A stretch of 60,989 bases of DNA, counting the filler. It is 6 parts of 6 records of this genome, joined end to end, with 100 filler letters (N's around TTAATTAATTAA, not from the genome) between each part and the next. Parts side by side here need not be neighbours in the genome. Positions count along the whole stretch, not along the records: positions 19,401 to 34,722 come from SRR31156797_18439; positions 34,823 to 40,689 come from SRR31156797_18461; positions 40,790 to 46,254 come from SRR31156797_18464; 3 more parts are not named here. One strand, written 5' to 3'. This document shows, one piece after another, positions 32,312 through 41,545 of the stretch. Made by a program: the position numbers and the translations under genes. The first letter of the stretch is position 1. Each line of letters begins with the position of its first letter. The notes under the pieces are model-generated. The model was not told where the DNA came from. It did not search any database and saw only the letters and a program-made list of their open reading frames with translations.

Positions 32312-32869
32312 CTAGATAAGGTTCAGGAGATGCATGGTTGCAAATATCCCTGTGACACCGATCAGATCACCGAATGTGGCTATAAGCGGGATCACTGTGT
32401 CATCGGGGTCCACACCGAACCTGTGAGATGCAAATGCAATGCCTATGGTTGCTGAGAATACCACCAGCAGTTCGAAGGAACCGGCTATCATGCACAGGGC
32501 CAGGAGTTTTATGAATGGGATCCCCATGTCAAAGATAAGCCCGGTTATCCATACTGTGATCGCAACGAACACGCAGGCTGTAAGTCCTACTATCATGGCT
32601 GCATAGACACTGTTGCGGACAACGGGGTTCCTGTGAAGATGGCTACCAAGACCCATGTGGAAGGACGAGGAAAGTCTTGCTCCAAGCATGCTTCCGGTGT
32701 CCCCTCCTATTTTGATGAGTGCGGGTATCAGTACGAGTATGATTGGCATGGAGACCAGCTTTTCTATCTCGAAATTGAGTATCTGGCCTGAGAATATACC
32801 TATGATCGATGTGACGAAAAGTATCGGGAATCCCCTTTTCACGATTCCGTCAATTGTGTAGTAACTCAT
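32312..32869 (-). CDS. MgtE-like divalent cation transporter membrane subunit
   Basis: IGGDTGSMLGARLSS, GVDPDDTVIPLIATFGD. Confidence 0.85.
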   Translation of the reverse strand: MSYYTIDGIVKRGFPILFVTSIIGIFSGQILNFEIEKLVSMPIILVLIPALIKIGGDTGSMLGARLSSSFHMGLGSHLHRNPVVRNSVYAAMIVGLTACVFVAITVWITGLIFDMGIPFIKLLALCMIAGSFELLVVFSATIGIAFASHRFGVDPDDTVIPLIATFGDLIGVTGIFATMHLLNLI

Positions 32870-33489
32870 ATCATAAGCACCACCTTTGCAGCCAGGAAGA
32901 TCATTGCCATTGATACTATATCACCTATGGTGGCAATTGAAGGTGTAACCACATTATCAGGGTCAAAACCGAAGCGGAACATACCTATTGCGAGTATGAC
33001 CGCTACAATTGAGAGAATGATCCCGGATGAGAGTCCGGCAAGAACCGCGATCGAGGTGAGCCGTAGAATGCCTGCGCTTTCAAGGCCAAGTGCAATGGTT
33101 ACGAAGTGCCCGGCCATACCAAGTATCACAGCCATTATAATTCCTAAAAGAAGCGATCCGGCCACGTTATTTGTCAGTTCTGGATTGCGTTCTATCTTTG
33201 TGATAAGACCCATGTGAATGGCACTTCCAAGACGCGATCCCAGTGTACAGGAAATATTTCCACGCATACCAAGCACGGCAGGGGTAATGACGATAAGTCC
33301 GGGTATCAGCTCCAGTTCATTGCTCATGCCTGAGAGGATCAGTCCTGAGATGACACCCCCTATGGTAGCCATGAGTTCAAATGGCAACGCCTCACGCACT
33401 ATGGAGCGGACACTTCCGTAATCTCCAATGTATTCCTCGACGACCTCTATCTGGTAGTCCTCGTCTTCATCATCCTGATCGTAAGACAT
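32866..33489 (-). CDS. MgtE-like divalent cation transporter membrane subunit
   Basis: MRGNISCTLGSRLGS, GFDPDNVVTPSIATIGD. Confidence 0.85.
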   Translation of the reverse strand: MSYDQDDEDEDYQIEVVEEYIGDYGSVRSIVREALPFELMATIGGVISGLILSGMSNELELIPGLIVITPAVLGMRGNISCTLGSRLGSAIHMGLITKIERNPELTNNVAGSLLLGIIMAVILGMAGHFVTIALGLESAGILRLTSIAVLAGLSSGIILSIVAVILAIGMFRFGFDPDNVVTPSIATIGDIVSMAMIFLAAKVVLMI

Positions 33490-33618
33490 TACATTGCCCT
33501 ATTTCACTTTGTTATTATTTATATATATCAGGCATTAATTTGCTTTTTCTGCTTTTAGTCTGCGTTTCACAGTTAAGAATAAAAGACATGTTCACATTTT
33601 CATAAAAGAGGAAATTTC

Positions 33619-33921
33619 ATGTTAAAGCATATTGTGATGTGGAAATTAAAGGAACAGGCTGAAGGAAATACCAATATCAAGAATTCCTTGTTCATGAAGG
33701 AAATGCTTGAGACCCTCAGGGACTCTATACCTGAGATTCAGATGATCGAAGTAGGACTCAACGTCAATTCATCTGCTGCTGCCTATGATGTTGCTCTTTA
33801 CTCCGAGTTTAAGGATGAGGAAGCGCTCAAAAACTACCAGGACCATCCTGATCACCTGAAAGTAGCGGAATTCGTCGGAAAGATAGCTGAAGACCGTGTG
33901 GTCGTTGATTACATCGTGTGA
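33619..33921 (+). CDS. Dabb-family stress-responsive alpha/beta barrel protein
   Basis: MLKHIVMWKLK, YQDHPDH, VVDY. Confidence 0.9.
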   Translation: MLKHIVMWKLKEQAEGNTNIKNSLFMKEMLETLRDSIPEIQMIEVGLNVNSSAAAYDVALYSEFKDEEALKNYQDHPDHLKVAEFVGKIAEDRVVVDYIV

Positions 33922-33928
33922 ATGTTAT

Positions 33929-34532
33929 TATGAATATCTCTGTTATACTCGGCCATCCTTATGAGAAGAGTTTCAACCATGCTATAGCCTCTAAGGTAGT
34001 TGAGACCTTAAAGTCTGCCGGACACGATATCTGTTTCCACGACCTGCACGAAGAGGGTTTTGACCCGCTGCTTCAGGGTGAGGAACTCGTAACCGACTGC
34101 TCAGAGGACCCCCTGGTCCTGACACACTGGTCGGAGATCAAAGAAGCCGACGGAATCATCATCGTCCATCCTAACTGGTGGGGTCAGCCTCCAGCTATTC
34201 TGAAAGGATGGGTGGACCGCGTGCTCAGGGAGGATGTAGCATACAGGTTCCCGGAAGATGATGACGGCTCCGGTCTTCCAATAGGGCTTCTGAAAGCGAA
34301 AGCTGCGATAGTGTTCAATACTTCCAACACCCCGGAAGAAAGAGAGAATAATGTTTTTGGAGATCCTCTTGAGAGAATATGGAAGGATTGTATATTCGAT
34401 TTCTGCGGTGTCACCAATTACCATCGCAAGACGTTCAGGACGATTGCCGGTAGCTCTCCTGAACAGCGTAGTGAGTGGCTTGATGAGGTGAGGGATATTG
34501 TCAATACCAATTTTCTGCCGGTTACGGACTAA
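33929..34532 (+). CDS. NAD(P)H dehydrogenase (quinone), flavodoxin-like fold
   Basis: GHPYEKSFNHAI, HPNWWGQPPAILKGWVDRV. Start position approximate. Confidence 0.88.
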
Positions 34533-34545
34533 GGAATGATGTGCT

Positions 34546-34722
34546 ATGAGAAGACCTGAGAAGCAGATAAAAGATAAGGAGATGCTGGAGACAATTCTCA
34601 ATAAGACCATCATATGCAGGATCGGTCTGTGCAGAGACAACATTCCTTATGTGGTTCCAATGAATTTTGTATACCATGATAATGCTCTCTACCTGCACGC
34701 TGCTCAGAAAGGAGAGAAGATT
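34546..34722 (+). CDS. Pyridoxamine 5'-phosphate oxidase/NimA-like flavin-binding protein, 3'-truncated
   Basis: MRRPEKQI...CRIGL...PYVVPMNF...LYLH.A..GEK. Confidence 0.85.
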
Positions 34723-34822
34723 NNNNNNNNNNNNNNNNNNNNNNNNNNNNNNNNNNNNNNNNNNNNTTAATTAATTAANNNNNNNNNNNNNNNNNNNNNN
34801 NNNNNNNNNNNNNNNNNNNNNN
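34723..34822. other. Artificial contig spacer
   Basis: N-run, TTAATTAATTAA, N-run. Confidence 0.99.
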
Positions 34823-34895
34823 GGGGCCATTCTCATGTGATTGCAGCCGATTTATTAATTTTTAAAATCTTATTCTTTGCGGTTAACATAAAAAC

Positions 34896-35384
34896 TCAGT
34901 TTACAACCCATACGGTACAATCAGCAGCCGATTGAACGACCTTTGTCGAAACCGAGCCAAACAAAAACTCTTCAGCTTTGGTCACTCCGCGCCTGCCGAT
35001 TACAACGGTATCGTAATTTCCTTCTTCCCTGATCCTCAAAATATCCATACCGATACTGCGTCCGGTAGTACATATATCCGTATCATGAAATGGCGATTTG
35101 CAACTGGCAAAATATTGTTCAGTTACAACATCAGCAGAAGCACCTCGTTTTATGAGAGTTTGCTTTGCCAATGCCAGCTTTTCAGTCATCTCATCTTCAT
35201 TTTTTTTACACTGACTGACCCAGGTTTCATCATCAGGGTAAAGATCCTTATCCGGTAGCCTTTCCACATGAAGAATTAAAACTCGGGATATGGGGTAATG
35301 CTTTACTATATTACCTACATATTCGACCGCGTTGAAAGAATTTTCAGATCCATCAAATGCCACGAGAATCTTATTAAGAGTCAT
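34896..35384 (-). CDS. Universal stress protein (USP)
   Basis: KILVAFDGSENS, VVIGRRG...FLFGSVS.KVV. Confidence 0.92.
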   Translation of the reverse strand: MTLNKILVAFDGSENSFNAVEYVGNIVKHYPISRVLILHVERLPDKDLYPDDETWVSQCKKNEDEMTEKLALAKQTLIKRGASADVVTEQYFASCKSPFHDTDICTTGRSIGMDILRIREEGNYDTVVIGRRGVTKAEEFLFGSVSTKVVQSAADCTVWVVN

Positions 35385-35411
35385 AATTTCACCCCCCTGT
35401 TGAATTAGACA

Positions 35412-36377
35412 TTATAAAGACCGAATCTCTTTTAAACTTTTATTCATATCAACCAGCATTTCATCTACCGACTCATAGAAAACCGAACTTGAAGGTGACA
35501 AATGCATCAAGATATTATTTAATGAATTTGGAATATAATTATATATTTTTTTCACATTAACGACACGATTGCCTATAACGACAGAATAATCATCTGAATT
35601 CAGTGTATTAAGAATAGAATTTTCCGTTCCGAGTTCCAGCAAAGTCTGCATAGTAAGATTTGCTTTACCAACAAGATAGACAAGAATGTTTCCTAATCCG
35701 AAAAGATCCAGACCGAAGGGATTTTCGTAAAGCTCAAACGCATAATCAAAGTCGATCCACCGATATGCTCCGGTTCCACTTTCAACCCACAAGTGATCAC
35801 GCCGGACATCACCATGTTTTTCATCGTGGCTGTGCAAAAAACCGATTGCTTCGCAGGCACCCATAAACTTCTCAAGTATATCAGGAAAATATTCATAAAA
35901 ATAAGTTTTATGATCGACCGGGATATCGTGTACCACAACGTCAAGCCGTTTTCCACGAATGATATCCAAGACCCTGACATTATTTCCTGCTATGTCATCT
36001 TTAGAATATCCCTGCATGAAACGCATATCCCCTTTAACAAGATCTAAGATCCTAGCTTCCTTACGAGGACTTCTATAACACTTAATTTCGAACGGCCCAA
36101 TATGCATTGGAAATGTTTCATAAAAGGCTAATTTTAAAATTTGAGACTTACCGGATTCAAGATGCTTAACGCGCTTTACCCAATATTTCGGGTCAACCAA
36201 ACCAAATCTGCGCTCCTGCTCATTTTTAAGTATTAAAAAATGCTCATTGCCAAGTTTCATGACATCACTGTAATCAATACTCATAAATTCAGTCGAATCA
36301 GTGAAAATCTTCCCAAAACGGGACATTGGGGAATCAGGCATATACTTATGGATAAGTTTTTTAACGTCGCTACTCAT
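35412..36377 (-). CDS. Atypical protein-kinase-like protein
   Basis: ILKL lysine, catalytic-loop variant HGDVRRDH, WIDFD in place of DFG, DLFGLG. Confidence 0.72.
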   Translation of the reverse strand: MSSDVKKLIHKYMPDSPMSRFGKIFTDSTEFMSIDYSDVMKLGNEHFLILKNEQERRFGLVDPKYWVKRVKHLESGKSQILKLAFYETFPMHIGPFEIKCYRSPRKEARILDLVKGDMRFMQGYSKDDIAGNNVRVLDIIRGKRLDVVVHDIPVDHKTYFYEYFPDILEKFMGACEAIGFLHSHDEKHGDVRRDHLWVESGTGAYRWIDFDYAFELYENPFGLDLFGLGNILVYLVGKANLTMQTLLELGTENSILNTLNSDDYSVVIGNRVVNVKKIYNYIPNSLNNILMHLSPSSSVFYESVDEMLVDMNKSLKEIRSL

Positions 36378-36510
36378 AGACACTCCTGATATTGTATATG
36401 AACTCAATGATCGAGATGAAGCAACTAACACTGCTTATAAACTTGTGAAAAGGGTACCACAGCAGAGTTAAAAGTAAAACAGAAAGCCTAATTTATTTCA
36501 ACTCCCAGGA

Positions 36511-37539
36511 TCAGCCTATTTTCAGGATCTTTGCTCCCCTGATGGTTCCTTTTTTCAGCGCTGCCAAGGCCTGGTTAGCCTCTTCAAGTGAAAATTCCTC
36601 AACCTCCGGCCGGATGCCAAACCGCTCAGCCAGGGTTAAAAATTCTACGACATCCTTACGGCAGATATTGGCAACACTCTTGATCTCTTTTTCCATCCAA
36701 AGATGAGCTGGATAATCCAGTTTTAAAAGGTAATCCTTATCCATCTCTTCTTTCCTGATGGCATTGATGACCAGCCGTCCGCCGGGTTTAAGGTTTTTCA
36801 TTGCCTCAACAACCGGTTTCCAGGCAGGTGTGGTGTCAATAACAGAATCCAGCAGTTCCGGTGATGCTTCTGCCGTATCCCCGGCCCAAACAGCCCCAAG
36901 CTCTTTTGCAAATTCTCTCTCTACAGAATTTCTGGCAAAAACAAACACCTTTGCATCAGGATATTTACACCTGACCAGCTTTAATACCAGATGACCCGAA
37001 GCACCAAACCCGGTCAACCCGATATTCTGCCCATTCTTGAGCCCTGTTAATCTCAAAGAGCGATATCCGATTGCACCTGCACATAAAAGTGGCGCAGTCT
37101 CGGTATCCTTAAGCCCATCCGGAATGGGTACGGCAAAGTGCTCTAGAATGACCATATATTCTGCATACCCGCCATTGGCATCCTTCCCTGTGGCCTTGAA
37201 ATCCTTACACAGGTTCTCATTGCCGGCCAGGCAGAATTCACATGTCCGGCAGGCTGAATAAATCCATGCAATCCCAACCCGGTCACCAACTTGAAAACCT
37301 TTAACATTTTTACCAGCCGTTTCAACCTGTCCCACCACCTGGTGTCCCAAAATAACAGGCAGAACCGGTGGTGCAGATCTGCCTTCAATTTCATCCAGTT
37401 CAGTATGGCAGACCCCGCAGACAGATACCTTAACCAACATTTCGTCATTTCCCGGAACAGGAACAGGCAGATCAACCAAATCCAGAGGCGTCTGGTTTTC
37501 AGCAAAAAGACCAAGTTTTTTCAGGACCATGGCTTTCAT
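36511..37539 (-). CDS. Zinc-dependent alcohol dehydrogenase
   Basis: CGVCHTELD, GHQ, structural-Zn CRTCEFC...C, APLLCAG, GFGASG. Confidence 0.93.
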   Translation of the reverse strand: MKAMVLKKLGLFAENQTPLDLVDLPVPVPGNDEMLVKVSVCGVCHTELDEIEGRSAPPVLPVILGHQVVGQVETAGKNVKGFQVGDRVGIAWIYSACRTCEFCLAGNENLCKDFKATGKDANGGYAEYMVILEHFAVPIPDGLKDTETAPLLCAGAIGYRSLRLTGLKNGQNIGLTGFGASGHLVLKLVRCKYPDAKVFVFARNSVEREFAKELGAVWAGDTAEASPELLDSVIDTTPAWKPVVEAMKNLKPGGRLVINAIRKEEMDKDYLLKLDYPAHLWMEKEIKSVANICRKDVVEFLTLAERFGIRPEVEEFSLEEANQALAALKKGTIRGAKILKIG

Positions 37540-37697
37540 AATGAAATTTCCAATTGCATATTTGTTAAAATTTAAAGCATTAAAAGATAGATTTTGAATA
37601 TTACATGTATTATCAAAACATTATAGCAAGGGAATTAAAACTTTACAACTGCGCATCCCAGTTGGGACAGGGCAAATGCGTTTGCACTGGAGGTGAT

Positions 37698-38516
37698 ATG
37701 AAACTGGTCATTCAAATAATTGCTATGGCGTTAGCCTGCTATGGTATGATCGTGGCAGCACTTTATTTTTTTCAGGAAAAAATGCTGTTTTTCCCCATGG
37801 GTCAGGCCTTTGGAAATTGCCGTCAGATGGAACGATACGGGGCAGAGACCATTCGCTCAAATGGAATTCGGTATTATTTAAAACGGACAGAATCTGCTGA
37901 AAGCTGCATCATCGTCTTCCACGGCAATGCCGGGAACGCCTGTGACCGAACTTATTTTTTCGATCTGTTGACCGGTCTGAAATCCCATGTGGTGTTATGC
38001 GAATATCCCGGATACGGGGGAAACAACCGGAAACCGGGTGAAAAGATAATCCTTGAACAGGCACTGATGCTCGTTAAAGAAATCAAAAACCAGGAGATCC
38101 AAACCAGGAACGATAAACATCTTCCTGTCTTTCTTTTGGGGGAGTCCCTAGGCACCGGTGTGGCCACATGGGTTTCCTCACAGACGCCGGTATCCGGGCT
38201 TATCCTGATTTCAGCCTACACAGCCATCGTTGATGTCGCCAGGCACCACTATCCGTTGCTTCCAGTTCAATATCTGTTGAGACACCGGTTTGATGCATCG
38301 GTCTGGGCATCTGAAACCACCACCCCTGCGATTCTTTTTCACGGGATTGAAGATGATATTATCCCCATTAAATTTGCCAGAAAACAGGTCGAGAACTTTA
38401 GATCAGACGCAGAACTGTTTGAAATTGAACATTGCGGTCACAATGATATTGTTGATACCGGGAAGATGTTGATAAAAAAGGAAATCAAGCGCTTTGTTTC
38501 GGCAGCCGGAGGATGA
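37698..38516 (+). CDS. Alpha/beta hydrolase (ABHD13-like) with an N-terminal TM anchor
   Basis: FHGNAG, YPGYG, GESLG nucleophile, HG..DDII, GHND; GGAGG RBS. Confidence 0.9.
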   Translation: MKLVIQIIAMALACYGMIVAALYFFQEKMLFFPMGQAFGNCRQMERYGAETIRSNGIRYYLKRTESAESCIIVFHGNAGNACDRTYFFDLLTGLKSHVVLCEYPGYGGNNRKPGEKIILEQALMLVKEIKNQEIQTRNDKHLPVFLLGESLGTGVATWVSSQTPVSGLILISAYTAIVDVARHHYPLLPVQYLLRHRFDASVWASETTTPAILFHGIEDDIIPIKFARKQVENFRSDAELFEIEHCGHNDIVDTGKMLIKKEIKRFVSAAGG

Positions 38517-38837
38517 CGGCCGGCTGCCGAAGCAAAAATATAGATGACACCGTCTCAGACGCTGATTGGATCACACAACTTGTTCTCTTTGTCAGAAGAT
38601 GTGCCGCATTTAAATAATGCAGAAACCCCTTCATTAGAGATTGATGCAAGATTTGTTTATTTTAAACCATGGGACTGTCCTGCGTTTCCTGTGATTTTGT
38701 AATCTGCTTTTTTGCCGATTTCTTTGTGGCGCAAGCCATTTCCGGGTTCGGGCTTTGACGTCTTCCGTCATAGAAGACCTATTCGTAATGGGTGTATCTC
38801 ATTGTCTTTTTGGCTCTGCTAATCACGGCGGCGGAGC

Positions 38838-38900
38838 CGTGAATGTTGCGGTTGCAGCGGCGGAGCGTATAGCGCCGTCCGCTACAACCGTTGGTTAGCT
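38838..38900 (-). mobile_element. Degenerate integron attC-like (59-be) site
   Basis: Minus strand reads AGCTAAC-CAA-CGGTTGTAGCGGACGGCGCTATACGCTCCGCCGCTGCAACCG-CAAC-ATTCACG, starting about 20 nt after the arylsulfatase stop. The R' end deviates from GTTRRRY. Confidence 0.6.
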
Positions 38901-38919
38901 GGAATTGCGCCGAGCGATC

Positions 38920-40689
38920 CTACTTCTCATCCTCCACCTCAATGGTGACTTTGTGGATTTTCCCGGTGAAGAGAGTCTCATCGCGGCCAATACCGATGTC
39001 TTCGGCGACTGGTGTCTGGTTGTCGAGACCAACATCCGCCGTTTCATCGGCAGAGAAAATCAAGGGCTGTGTCTTCTCGATCCGACCCTCGGCAACATTT
39101 TTTCCGTCGACTGAAAGAGTCGCCTTGCCACCTTTCCCAACGCCCCCGCCATCGTAGACGAAATCCAATACAACCGTAGCAGCACCTGCAGGAATTGGGA
39201 TAGCTGATGCGACGGTATACCGTTCAAGGCCGAGAAAATTATAGGTATAAATCGGCTTTCCGTCTTTCATATAAAGCGACCAGCCTCCAAATCGGCCACC
39301 TTGGGTAAGGATCACGCCATTCGCTCCACCCTTCGGAATCTCAACCTCGGCCGTGATCCTCTTAGAGCGATTTTTCACATTAATGAAGGAGTTTTCCAGC
39401 ATTCCATCCATCCCTTGGTAGAGTGTGAGAGACATTCGGCCGGCCATGATATCCGGACGTCCTGCAATAGCAGCGTTCATCCGCTCAATTACCCGGTCAT
39501 CAATCGGCAAAGCATGATATTTCTCAGCTTCGCTCATGAACAACGCCTCCATCTCGGCAACCTTCTTCGGATATTTATCAGCCAGGTTATTGCTAAGGCT
39601 AAAGTCCTCAAGAACGTTGTACAAATCCCAGGTATCTGACTCCAGGGGGGGCATATTGATGGCCTGCCAGGGCGCCCGGTGAATCGCCCGCGCGAACCAA
39701 CCATCGTGATAGACAGCACGGTTGCCAAACATCTCAAAGTACTGGGTTGTATGCCGCTCTTTGGCTGTTGCATCATTGAACGAGTACAGGAGGCTAGTAC
39801 CTTCGATGGGCGTCTGAGGGGTGCCATTAACGCTCTTGGGTTCAGGGAGGCCAGTAGCTTCGAGAATGGTCGGCGCGATGTCGATGACGTGACCAAACTG
39901 GCTGCGCAATCCGCCCTGCTCCTTGATACCGTTCGGCCAGTGGATGACCATTCCGTTGCGGGTGCCGCCGAAGTCCGAGCATACCTGCTTAGTCCATGTG
40001 AAGGGTGAATCAAAGGCAACTGCCCAACCCGCTGCCATGTGCGGGAAGGTCTGCGGGCCACCCCACTCGTCGATGAGCGGGAGAAGATCTTCAACCTTTT
40101 CCTGTACATTGTTGAAATAGGTCATTTCGTTGTACATTCCAACGAAGCCGCCCTCTGCGCTAGTACCATTATCACCGGCAATGTAGAAGATCAGCGTGTT
40201 GTCCAATTCGCCAATGTCCTCGATCGCGGTGATGAGACGTCCGATCTCGTGATCCGTTTGCTCCAGAAACCCTGCGAACACCTCTGCCTGACGAACAAAC
40301 AGACGCTTTTCGTCGGCGGTCAGGGCATCCCAGTCCTTAATGTCCTCGGGCTTCGGTGGCAGTTTAGTATTAGCAGGGACCAGCCCTTTTTCTTTCTGCC
40401 GTGCAATTGTTTTCTCTCGAACGTCATCCCAGCCGGCATCAAACTTGCATTTGTACTTTTCGATCCACTTCTTGGGGACATGATGTGGCGCATGAACTGC
40501 ACCAGTTGCAAAGTACATGAAGAACGGCTTATCGGGTGTCATGGACTGCTGAGCTTTTACCCAGCCGATCGCCTGATTGGTCATGTCAGTGGTGAAGTGA
40601 TAACCATCCACCTTCGGCGGTGTGACCCTGGTGACACCATCGTAAATCAGTGGATACCACTGATCTGTCTCCCCTCCGATGAAACCGTA
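38920..40689 (-). CDS. Arylsulfatase (AtsA-like), 5'-truncated
   Basis: KPFFMYFATGAVHAPH, GDNG.SAEGG, HVIDIAPT, QYFEMFGNR; LamG-like C-terminal domain. Confidence 0.92.
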   Translation of the reverse strand, partial: YGFIGGETDQWYPLIYDGVTRVTPPKVDGYHFTTDMTNQAIGWVKAQQSMTPDKPFFMYFATGAVHAPHHVPKKWIEKYKCKFDAGWDDVREKTIARQKEKGLVPANTKLPPKPEDIKDWDALTADEKRLFVRQAEVFAGFLEQTDHEIGRLITAIEDIGELDNTLIFYIAGDNGTSAEGGFVGMYNEMTYFNNVQEKVEDLLPLIDEWGGPQTFPHMAAGWAVAFDSPFTWTKQVCSDFGGTRNGMVIHWPNGIKEQGGLRSQFGHVIDIAPTILEATGLPEPKSVNGTPQTPIEGTSLLYSFNDATAKERHTTQYFEMFGNRAVYHDGWFARAIHRAPWQAINMPPLESDTWDLYNVLEDFSLSNNLADKYPKKVAEMEALFMSEAEKYHALPIDDRVIERMNAAIAGRPDIMAGRMSLTLYQGMDGMLENSFINVKNRSKRITAEVEIPKGGANGVILTQGGRFGGWSLYMKDGKPIYTYNFLGLERYTVASAIPIPAGAATVVLDFVYDGGGVGKGGKATLSVDGKNVAEGRIEKTQPLIFSADETADVGLDNQTPVAEDIGIGRDETLFTGKIHKVTIEVEDEK

Positions 40690-40789
40690 NNNNNNNNNNN
40701 NNNNNNNNNNNNNNNNNNNNNNNNNNNNNNNNNTTAATTAATTAANNNNNNNNNNNNNNNNNNNNNNNNNNNNNNNNNNNNNNNNNNNN
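40690..40789. other. Artificial contig spacer
   Basis: N-run, TTAATTAATTAA, N-run. Confidence 0.99.
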
Positions 40790-41506
40790 GCCGATGCCGC
40801 CGGATATGGCGATGATGGCGGAATCGGCCTCCACGAAATGCAGGGGGGTGCTGTTCGTGCCGATGCCAACGCCGGGAGGCCCCGAGTGACAATGCCAGAG
40901 ATGAACGACAACGCGGCGCTGCCTTCCGAGTTCGTGATGCAGATGGACGGCATCGGCAGCTATCTCGTCTTTCGCGACAGCCGCATCACGGTCGGGCCGA
41001 TCAGTTCCTCGAAGCATCCCACCCTGGGGCTGATGGCCGAGCCCAGCCTGCCGGTGGTCAGCATTGAGCGGACCGATGGCGACTACTTCCTACGCGGCGA
41101 GCAGGGGGTCCTGGTCAACGGCCGCGAGATGGCGGAGAAATTGCTGGTCGACGGCGATACGATTGCCTTGTCGGCTCGCTGTCGGTTGCGCTTTCGACTC
41201 CCGAACCCGGCCAGTCCGACCGCCGTGCTAATGCTCTCCGGCACCCGCCTGGGTCGGCCCGACATTCGGCACATCATCCTCATGGGCCGTGACATTCTGG
41301 CCGGGCCCTATACCAACAACCACATTCAGACCGAGCATTTGGAAGAGACCGTGACCTTCTTCTGTCAAAATGACCGGTTGCTGTGTCGGGCGGCCCAACC
41401 TGTCACGATCGGCGACCGACCGATGCAACCCGACAAGGGTTTGACCCTGGACAAGCCGATTCGCATCGGTAAGCTGTCTATGGTTCTGGCAACGTTCCAC
41501 ACGTAG
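40790..41506 (+). CDS. FHA-like domain protein, 5'-truncated
   Basis: Frame open from the contig start; DGIGSYLV...ITVG...VLVNG...LVDGDTIAL FHA-fold pattern, with a second FHA-like repeat. Confidence 0.72.
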   Translation, partial: ADAAGYGDDGGIGLHEMQGGAVRADANAGRPRVTMPEMNDNAALPSEFVMQMDGIGSYLVFRDSRITVGPISSSKHPTLGLMAEPSLPVVSIERTDGDYFLRGEQGVLVNGREMAEKLLVDGDTIALSARCRLRFRLPNPASPTAVLMLSGTRLGRPDIRHIILMGRDILAGPYTNNHIQTEHLEETVTFFCQNDRLLCRAAQPVTIGDRPMQPDKGLTLDKPIRIGKLSMVLATFHT

Positions 41507-41545
41507 AAGTTAATGATAACCAACCTCTAATCCGGCAGAAGACTT

